Origin: Octopus bimaculoides
Lineage: Eukaryota
Direction of reading: 5' to 3'
Assembly (NCBI RefSeq): GCF_001194135.2
Contig: NC_068983.1
Location: 11,184,914 to 11,248,913, forward strand
Length of the DNA: 64,000 bases
A program made the translations under genes and the position numbers. The notes beneath the pieces were generated by a model. That model did not search any database. It had not been told where the DNA came from and was given only the letters and a program-made list of their open reading frames with translations. Below, piece by piece: positions 52,601 to 63,700 of this stretch. Position 1 is the stretch's first letter. Each line of letters starts with the position of its first letter.

Positions 52601-55600
52601 CAGAATTCCAGAATTTGTGATCCCTCCTCATGTCTCTCACCGTACTTGCTTCCATCTTGTACTCAAGAGAAGCCATCATGGTGTTGCCCAATATGTTCTT
52701 TGAAATTACTAACTGTGCTAATGAAGTTGCCATCATTTCTTATCAAGATAATCTGCAGTATTGCAGGCCCTGCCAAAAAAATGCTATGGGCATACCCATC
52801 TTTCTTTACTGCACTACTCTTCCCCCACTAAAAGTACATATCTAGCAAACAAATTATATACACGAGAAAATCATTAGAGTGAGATCATTGCCAGTGCCGC
52901 TGGACTGGCTCCCGTGCAGGTGGCACATAAAAAACACCATTTTGAGTGTGGCCGTTGCCAGTACCGCCTGACTGGCCCTCGTGCCGGTGGCATGTAAAAG
53001 CACCCACTATACTCTCGGAGTGGTTGGCGTTAGGAAGGGCATCCAGCTGTAGANNNNNNNNNNACCCACTATACTCTCGGAGTGGTTGGCGTTAGGAAGG
53101 GCATCCAGCTGTAGAAACTCTGCCAGATCAGATTGGAGTCTGGTGCAGCCTTCTGGCTTGCCAGTCCTCAGTAAAATCGTCCAACCCATGCTAGCATGGA
53201 AAGCGGACATTAAACGATGATGGTGATGATGATGACTATGTACTGCTCTTTTTATAATTGGTATTGGTTTTCTTTCTTTCTTCTTTCAACTTTTCTCTAA
53301 TTTTATCAAAAGATTTTATTACATTTATTTGTTTATTTTTGACAGGAATTTCAGCACTAAAACTAGACTCTTCTACTGAATCAGACATTGCCAAAGTGAT
53401 TCGAACAGGGAGCAGTGAATCTTCTCAGTCATCAAAGCCAGTTCCAACTAGTCTCCCATTAGAAGCACGGTTTGAAGTGGCAATGTTCAGTGTGGAGATG
53501 CAAGGAGATTTGGAACCTGATTCACAAAAACGACTTGTTGACCTTTGCTTACAAGATCTCATCCTTATCTATCATCGAATGGACAATTATGTTTCCTCAT
53601 TTGATCTTTCTCTTAAATCACTTACCATGGAAGATTTATTAGAGACAAATGACTCTAAACCTCGTTATTTAATGGTCTCATCTAAAAAGGAAGAACCAGA
53701 ACCTAAAGAAGATAAATTAGGTTCTAATTTATCAACATCTTGTCCTGATTGTACAATAATGGTCCCTAAACCGAAAATGCCTGGTTCTTTGCCTTCAAGT
53801 TTTCACGAAGAGAATGTTTTTATGTCTCATTCTAAGAAAAACAGCTTAGGAGGTAATCAGAGGAAAATGGCTGCAGAAGAAAACAAGTAAGTATTGTTTA
53901 CCGTAGCTGTATCTTTGGTTTGTCACCATTTATATTCATTTCTTTCAGGAGATTACTAAACAAATCATATTGATATATTGATTGATATATAGAGACACAA
54001 GTGTGGCTGTGTGGTTCAATCCTACTCCATGGCACCTTGACCAGGTGTCTTCTATTATAACCCTGGGTTGACCAAAACTTTGTGAGTGGATTTGGTAGAT
54101 GGAAACTGAAAGAAGCCCATTGTGTTTGTGTATATATATGTTTGTGTTACTGTGTCCTTGCCTTGACATCATCATCATTTAACGTCTGCTTTCCATGCTA
54201 GCATGGATTGGACGATTTGACTTGGGACTGGTGAACCAGATGGTTACACCAGATGGTTACACCAGACTCCAATCTGATCTGGCAGAGTTTCTACAGCTGG
54301 ATGCCCTTCCTAACGCCAACCACTCCGAGAGTGTAGTGGGTGCTTTTTACGTGCCACCAGCACGAGGGCCAGTCAGGCGGTACTGGCAACGGCCACACTC
54401 AAATGGTGTCTTTTTATGTGCCACCCGTACAGGAGTCAGTCCAATGTTTTGTTCACATGCCACCGGCACGAGTGCCAGTAAGGTGGAGCTGGAAACGATC
54501 ATGCTTAAATGGTGCTTTTTATGTGCCACTGACACGGAAGCAAGACCGCTGCTCTGGCAGTGATCTCACTCGGTGCCAGTCATCGAATTTGGTTCAGTTT
54601 TCGATCACATGATGGTTGTAAATGAACATCACTGTCATACAAGTAGTGTCGTTCATTTGCAATATTCAGAAAAATGTCTAGCCAAAGAGAGCTACTGCCT
54701 TGCTTGGAAATAGATTGGGGTTGGTGAAAGAAATGGCATCTGGCCATAAGAAAAAATCCTCTTCAATAAACTCTTTCCAACCCTTGCAAGCATGGAAAAG
54801 TGGATGTTAACATGATAATAATGATGCTGAGTCATTTACTTCATGGTCTAAAGTTCTAACTTTCCACCTATATGATGATATTTAACTGTTGCTAAAGTAA
54901 CCACATCTAGAAACACTTCTGCATCAGGCCCATAAATGTGTTGTACCCTCTCTCTGTCTTTTCTACTACAGCGACCCCTTCTCTTCAGAGGTGGCCACTC
55001 TCATGCTGTCTCCACTCAGGTACTCTGAGTTCATGTGTCTCTTCTCTTTCTATCAGTCTTGTTGTGTTTACTTTGTCAAAGGTTCCTCACTAAACACTGT
55101 ATCCATTCCTTTCATCATCATCATCATCGTTTAACGTCCGCTTTCCATGCTAGCATGGGTTGGACGATTTGACTGAGGACTGGTGAAACCGGATGGCTAC
55201 ACCAGGCTCCAATCTGATTTGGCAGAGTTTCTACAGCTGGATGCCCTTCCTAACGCCAACCACTCAGAGAGTGTAGTGGGTGCTTTTACGTGTCACCCGC
55301 ACGAAGGCCAGTCAGGTGCTACTGGCAACGGCCACACTCAAAATGGTGTATTTTATGTGCCACCCGCACAAGAGCCAGTCCAGGGGCACTGGCAACGATC
55401 TCACTCAAAAATCCTACGAAGGCCAGTTAGGCGGTACTGGCTTTCTTCCCACTATATCCATTCCTTTGTCCCTTAGAAATTTCCTCCCTGTAGATATCTC
55501 TCCTGAAATTGCCTGCTTACTACAGTCTAAGTGAAACATTTAACAATATAAATCTCATTGTTTGGAAGAGCCTGCAAAGGTTATGGCTAATCCTCCGACC

Positions 55601-58600
55601 GTGAGTCCGCTGCCCTAACCACTGGGCCATTGTACCTCCACTATTTTGTATATATCATGTATAATTTTTTTGTCTCTGCTGTAAACTTTCAAGTATTTGC
55701 TTTATTTTATTATTTTGACCCTTATCTTTCAGTGAGGGATGCTACCCCTGTACACCACCACCTTCTCCTATGGGTTCAATGGAACAAGTTACTAACAGTG
55801 GACCTCTGGTTCACATTAGTATATTCCTAGTCGATAGCAAGTGTCCTCAGTTTCAAGAAACCTATAAACAGGTGAAAACAATGTTTTTGTTTTTTTTTAA
55901 AACATAAATGTCATAGAAATAGTAATCTCATTCTAAGCGTTATAAATGTTATTTATTATTGATGTTATTTTATACCATGTTATTTTATACCAATGTCACC
56001 ATAACATTGGTAACAAGAATGATGATAATCCTTTCTATTATAGGCACAAGGCCCGAAGTTTTGGGGGAGGGGACTAGTCTATTACATTGACCCCAGAATT
56101 TCACTGGTACTTAATTTATCGACCCTGAAAGGATGAAAGGTGAAGTCAACCTCGGCGAAATTTGAACTCAGAACGTAGTGATGGGTGAATACTGCTAATC
56201 ATTTCATCCAGCGTGCTAACGACTCTGCCAGCTCGCCACCTTAACGATGATAATGGTTATAGCATTGATTAGCATTAAGAGGAGCACCCAGGTAGAAAAG
56301 CAGTTGTCTTAATAGCTGGATGGAATCCAATCAAATCAATGGAAACTATGTTTCTGTCAATTTGATTGAAAGATTAATTGCTGCTACTGCTATTTACACC
56401 AAGTTTACCAGAATAACTGCTGTCGGTATAGGTATAGTTGTGTGGTTAAGAAGCTTGCTTTGTTAGTACATTGTTTCTGGCTCAGTCCCACTGCACAGCA
56501 CTTTGGACAAGTTTCTTCTACTGCAGCCTGGGCCAACCAAAGCCTCGTGAATGGATTTTGTTCATGAACTTGAAAGTAGCTCATCATCATATGTATGTAC
56601 ATCCATTCATGCTGTGTGTGTATGTGTGCATCTGTGTTTGTCCCCTTTCCCCACTGCTTGACAACCTGTGTTGGTTTGTTAATATCCCCATAACTTTAAA
56701 GACCAATATACAAGGTGTCCACAAGGTCTGGACACATGGAGTAAATAAAATTATAACATAAGCAATTAAATATAAGAAATAATAATTTCTTAAAGTATGT
56801 GTTAATCCCCATGTACCCAGACTTTGTGGACACCCTGTAGTATGTATGAGACTTAAAAAAAAGACATAAGTACTGGAGTTGATTTGCTCAAAGAACTCAA
56901 GGCAGTACCCCAGCATGACCACAGCCCAATAACTGAAACATATAAAAGATAATAGACAGGTTTTCAAATGTAAAAAAAATAAAGGCTGGCAAAAATGTCT
57001 TGCCTAGGATGAAATAATTATCCTTGTTTCTTTGTCTTTCACTAGATCAATCGCTCCATTGATATTCAGTTTAGCAGTTTGGATACAACCATTAATCTGC
57101 AGACTTGGGTCGTATTACTTGATTTCCTGGGTCTTGGAGCTACGTTTAAAGAAGCTGGAGCCCAGTCACCAAATGTTTTCTCAACCAGTCAAGACTCCTC
57201 GTTGGACACTGAAGGTAGCCTTTTTTTATTAATTTTCATTTTGTTTTAGTCTCTTTCATTTTATGGCAGGAGATGACAGAATGTCTTGCAATATTTAGTT
57301 GTGTTCCCTTGCACCCTGTGATCAAATCCTATGGAAGCCAAACTAGTTTTTCATCTTTCTGGTAAGTTAGGAGAGGACAGGCAGTGCTCTTAATTTTGCA
57401 AACCTTCATGGTCTGGTGAGATTGATGTAATTAATGTTCATCAATATATAGAGGACAACTTTGGATGGAGTGTAACCAGGATTGAACTCTACTAAAGGCA
57501 ATGAAGTACCAGATGAAGTACCATTTCTGGCTTAGTGACTATGTTAGAAATCATTTTGTTACACTTCTCAAACAGGGAATGATAATCACCCAAGTTAACC
57601 CATTCCATGAATTTATTTTCTCAAGATGTGTCAGCTTTCTTGTATATAGAATCATGGATAACTGAGTTCATAGTGGTACAATCCTGGACAACCAACAGCA
57701 GTTCATATGCTATCATCACACCATTTCGTGTGTCTAGCTAAGACACTCTACTGTCTGTAACTAAGTTATCCTGTCTGTCAGCAGGAAGTAGCGTAATTCA
57801 GTGTTGTAAACAGTGGGATCACTGTGTATTTGATGACTACTTCTTTTGACTTGCAGTGTTGAGTTCATTTTCTTCTTGTGGATGTAAAAGTCAGTTGTCA
57901 TCAAAGCTAGTATCTTATTCCTCATCTACTTGACATTGCCGAAACTATATAACATTAACATTTTACTATCCAGTTTTCCCATTTTGCAAATTGAAATTGT
58001 TCTCGTTTTGTTTTTGCATCATTGAATTCATATAAATGGATGTAAATGTTATCATCATCATCGTTTAATGTCTGTTTCCCATGGGTTGAATGGTTTGACT
58101 GAAGTTGGCAAGCTGGAGAGCTGCACCAGGCTCCAGTTGTCCGTTTTGATATTGTTTCTACTACTGGATGTCCTTCCTTACACCAAACACTTTACAGAAT
58201 GCACTAAGTGCTTTATATATGGCACCAGCATAGGAAATGTGTTTAATTCATTCTTTCACATTTACTCTCATTTCAAGATTTTTTTTTGCTTCAACCAGAG
58301 TATGATGTTTTCATCTACATGTTCTATGTTGAACGAGTGTGTGCATGCCTGTGTGTGCATGTGTGTAATTTTTATTAAAATCTTATGTTATGTCTTTCAG
58401 ATAACTCTATTCAAGGTGAAGAAGTGGTTAACTCAAAGTTTCACATGAATATTGAAAGCCTCACTCTAATTATGAATAAACCAGAGTATGAACTGGCTCG
58501 AGCCACAGTGTCCAATCTGAAAGCCAATTTGTCCCTGCATGACGGCAACACACATGTTGTTGGTCAACTTGGCAGCATCTCCGTGCTTGACCAGTCACCA

Positions 58601-58720
58601 TATGGCCTCAATTTCCGAGAAAAATTCATCAGTGTCGGAGATCAAGCCCTGACATTTGATATATTCAAGTAAGCATATACTTTGTACCCTAGAATTCATA
58701 CGTATACATCTGCATTCATT

Positions 58721-58757
<37 letters not shown>

Positions 58758-60730
58758 ACACTACATTCCTGTACTAACTAAATATAAAGCCTCTGCTCCT
58801 TTGAACTACAGTAATCCCTCGACTATTACAGGTATTATGTTCCCAAACGCCCTGTAATAGTTGAAAATCTGCAAAGTAGAAACAGTACTGTACTGCATAT
58901 TTTTTAAAATTATTTTTATAATTTATATATTTTTATTTTATTATAAATGCAAAACAACACCATGGAGGAATCGACATAAGCTTAAATAATAAACCATGAT
59001 GGGTGAACTGCGATATGGCAAGGGATTACTATTCCCCTGTTTCTGCCTATTCAAGCCTACCTGATATACTTGTATCTCTACCCTTTGTCAGCTTCTCCTT
59101 CCAAATCCTTCATTAAACCTTTATCCAATTGTTTTCTATTAGAACTACAATAGTTATAAAATTCAAGTCTTGTAATTGAAATGTGTTGGTTCTCTGGATG
59201 ATGGAAAATAATTTATCATTTATAACCAAACTGTTGTGCTGGCTGATCCTAGCAGAAACACTACAAACCTTTTGCTCGGGTGCTGATTTTGCAGGTAGAA
59301 GAGAATTGTCTTTCTTGATGACTGGCACCTGTGCCAGTGGAGCACAAACAGCACTGTCCGAGCGTGATCATTGCCAGAGCAGCTGTCTAGATTCCGTGCT
59401 AGTGGCACGTAAATAGCACCATTTGAGCGTGATCGTTACCAGCGTCGCCTTACTGGTACTTGTGCCGGTGGCACATTAGAAAATCATTCGAGCGAGCTCG
59501 TTGCCAGTGCTGCTGGACTGGCTCCTGTGCAGGTGGCACGTAAAATACACCATTTTGAGCATGGCTGGTGCCACTACCGCGTGACTGGCCCCGTTCTGGT
59601 GGCACGTAAAAGCACCCACTACACTCTCGGAGTGGTTGGCGTTAGGAAGGGCATCCAGCTGTAGAAACTCTTCCAGATCAGATTGGAGCCTGGTGCAGCC
59701 ATCTGGTTCGCCAGTCCTCAGTCAAATCGTCCAACCCATGCTAGCATGGAAAGTGGACATTAAACGATGATTATAATGGTGAACTAAACTGTTTGAGTGT
59801 ACTGACTGATCCTAGCAGAAACACTACAAACCTTTTGCTCAGGTACTGATTTTGCAGGTAAAAGAGAATTGTCTTCCTTTTATCTTCCTTGACCAGAGGT
59901 GTTGGTATTTATCAATATATGACCCTGAGGAGGACAATATACATAACTTACTGTAGTTTTATAGTGGGGGAAAAAGTTGGCAGAGTTGTTAGAGCATAAT
60001 ACAGATTGCCTTGCAATATTCATCTTGGCTCTTATCACTCTGAGTTCAAATACTGTCAAAGTCAACTTTGCTTCCATCCTTTCAGGTTAGAGATAAAGCT
60101 TTAGTTTTGTACTGGGTTAATTCTTCTCTCTCTCTCTCTCTCCTACTCTCCCCCTCTCTCCCATCCCCATCCTCCCCTATCCTCTCCCCTCCTCTCCCCC
60201 CTCATCTCCCCTCTGCCCCCTCCCACCAAGAGATCAGTTGTGATCATACATAGAAAGGTAGGGGCTCCACCAGCTTTTTAACATGTCACAACACATCTAC
60301 AGTTTCATTAAGAATTGAGGGCTTATGACAAAGCAAAGCATAGCTACATTATACCAAGGATGTAGCATGTATATTTATGTGTGTTTTAGGAAGAATAATT
60401 GAAATCAACTTGTTGAAGCTCAGTTTAACATCTCAAATGATTGTGTGTGTATGTGTGTTTTTCAGATATGCTGGGGATGATCCAGGAATGCAGAGGGCAT
60501 ACGATTTGTGTGTTAAACTGCATATGGCAACTGTGCAGTACACGTATACAGATAGATTCCAGAGTGAAGTAACAGCATTCTGTATGCATTTTCTGCAATT
60601 ACATGACAGAATGGGTCGAATTCGTGCTGCATCCATTGGTAAAAAGGTAAGGCAAATATAATCAACCCTTTGGTTTCTGTTCTTTTTTTTTAATTCTATT
60701 AGCAACACACAAAGTTGTATATATATATAA

Positions 60731-60762
<32 letters not shown>

Positions 60763-63700
60763 CATCATCATCGTTTAACGTCTGCTTTCCATGCTAGCAT
60801 GGGTTGGATGATTTGACTAAGGACTGGCAATCCACAAGACCACTTATTATTCGTTTACTCCATTGTTTTGCATTTCCCAGACATGTATGCACATGTTGCT
60901 AAGTCTTTCATTGACATTCTAACTCTTAGCCTCGATTTATTATTTTAAACTAGATACTATAGTGGTTAACTTGCTATTGTAATTAAAATAATTACTACTG
61001 TTATATTATACTTGCTATGATAAATAAAACCAAAACAGTTATTATTAATATGATGACTGGCACCCGTGCCAGTGGAGCGCTAACAGCACCATCCGAGCAG
61101 GATCACTGCCAGAGCAGCGGTCTCGCTCCCGTACCGGTGGCACATAAAAAGTACCATTTGAGCGCGATTGTTTCCAGCTTCGCCTTACTGGCACTTGTGC
61201 CAGTGGCATGTGAACAAAACATTGAACTGACTCCTGTGCAGGTGGCACATAAAAAAAAACACCATTTGAGCATAGCCGTTGCTAGTACCGCTGGACTGGC
61301 CCTTGTGCCGGTGGCACGTAAAAAGCCCCCACTACACTCCCGGAGTGGTTGGCGTTAGGAAGGGCATCCAGCTGTAGAAACTCTGCCAGATCAGATTGGA
61401 GCCTGGTGTAGCCATCTGGTTCGCTAGTCCTCAGTCAAATCATCCAACCCATGCGGACATTAAATGATGATGATGATGATGATTTTATAATTAAAATAAA
61501 TTTGCTTTTGAAAGTTATTACATAGCACGGATTTACATGTAAGTAAAAAACAAACAAAATCAAGTATACATGAAGATGTTTGCATGTAAGAATTATTGAC
61601 TTTTGTGCATATTTTTCTCTAATCCTATTTTTTCCTTTGTCTCTTTTTATCAGATCTCAGCAAGTATGATACGTAATGCTCGCATTAAGATGAACATCGA
61701 AGCAGACAGTCCTGTGATTTTGCTTCCTTACAGTTATAAAACAACAGGCCTACTCGTTGCTGAACTTGGACGGCTTAGTGTTACCAACCAATTCCTTTTA
61801 GATGGTTCCATTGGAACTATCAAAGGTAGACAGTACAATTCAGCCAACGCTACTCACTCTGACGCCAAATTATCCTCCAATTCTGAGAGTAATTACACAT
61901 CAATGACTCAAAGTGTTTTCCATCAGAGTTTGCCAAAAGAAAATGAAAAACCTGCACTAGTTATTCCTAAAATTGATGTTGATCTGATGAACCAAAGCAT
62001 TTATGGTAGTCTTGAGCACGACATCAGAGATGGGGAACTTGAAGCGTCATCCATGACTGAATCAAAATCTTCTGATATTTTTGATCCCACTGAGAATGTT
62101 TCTACAGAAGAGAGTGTTGTCCTATCAACATTGGAGTGCTTGTCTCCATGCAACTTTTCAGTACTGGACAGCCGCGTGTTGTCTGATAGCAGCTCTGACA
62201 AACTCTCCTCTCCACAGAGTAGTAAATTCTGTAAGAAACTGTCAGCACCATTGCTTGCCCAGGAAAAAAAGACTATCAACCCTTTCACGTTGTCTGTTCA
62301 GCAGAGCATGGCTTATGTCCATTGTGACCCCATGAAACACATCTGTCTGCTAGATGTAATGTCAGTAACATTGACCGATATGGATTTGTATTCAGCTGAG
62401 TTGGTTAAAGTCGATACATCTGATGGACCGATTTATTCAATTGAAAGAGATGTAAGTTAGTTTTTACATATTGCATTTTGCCATACAGTTATCTAAACTT
62501 TTTTACTTCAGTTGTCTACTTTAATGAGAGAAAATTAATATCAAATTATTAAACTATGTTACAGCCTAATAATGTTGGTTATAACTTGTAAAAAAACAAA
62601 AAACAGCATTCATTTTTGATATCTAATTTTCCCATGTCAGAAATAAATACTGGCCAGGCTCCACTCCTATTTCATAATGATATCAGCTCCAAAAACTGTT
62701 ATTCATGTTATTCATTGATGACAACTTCAGTATTTTTCTGGACAAAATATTTTCTGTATTTTAACTTCTTATGGTATAAAAAATATTTTAAAATTATTTT
62801 CATCCTGAGAAAGTTAATTGTTAAAAAACTGACAGTTTCAAAATTTGATTTAATCCTTTTAACATCGTATTTTTATTAATATACACTATCTTTGTCTCAA
62901 TTAATTTTGAAAATAATTCAGTAAAATAACTTAGTCACTATTAAGCTGATGTTTGGTATATAAATTAATTTTGGTGGAAGGTTTTAATTTATATCACTTA
63001 AAAACAAGAGGCTTGTTTCATAGAACCTGAAGCAGTCTCGGTAGGTTGGTATCAAGAGGGTTAATTCAAAGATGCCTGAACCGGGTTTGTCACCTATAAG
63101 GAGAGCTAATATTGTAAATATTTCACCACCGTATTCCATTCAGTTTGATCTTCAATTGTTATTATGTGTTTTATTCCCAGATACATATCTAGACTCATTA
63201 CTTTAGTACTATTTCTAATCTGTCTGGAATAAAATATTGAAAAATACTCTAAATATTGTGAATGTATTCTCTAAATACAAGGTTAATAATCTGTAAAATA
63301 TTTTAGTGGAAAAATTATGTAAAATTATTTTACTGAAAAATTTAATCTTACTGTGCAATGTATATTTGAATTATTAGGAGATAAAAATCAGCATAATAAT
63401 ATTTGGGACAGTGGTATGATGTGGAGTTTTAAGATATATTTTACTGGGTTTTATCATACTTACCTGAAAATTTATATCAAGCCATTTAAAGTCTGATTAA
63501 ATAATAACTTAACTTTCTAGAAGTATTAGCTACAGCATCCTCAAGAAGGTTACTATCACATTATGTAGAGATTATATTCTAAAATTGTACGTTCGTTTCT
63601 GAAATTTGTGTGACAACTTAATATTCAATATCACTCATTTGAAATTCTTTATTTGCAGACTGGTAAAATCTTCAAAGAAAAATGTGCATTACATCTGCAA

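Noticed and set aside
53002-53115. Apparent ~50-bp tandem duplication across the 10-N gap
   Set aside because: Same assembly artefact.
59317-59620. CRISPR-like repeat-spacer look of the GTGCCGGTGGCAC array
   Set aside because: The spacers are homologous to one another and fixed between dispersed copies, there are no cas genes, and the context is an animal retroelement.
63024-63040. Extra exon between e34 and e35
   Set aside because: It lies inside a MITE and is 17 nt (frameshifting); e34 joins e35 directly in phase (PIYSIERD-TGK).
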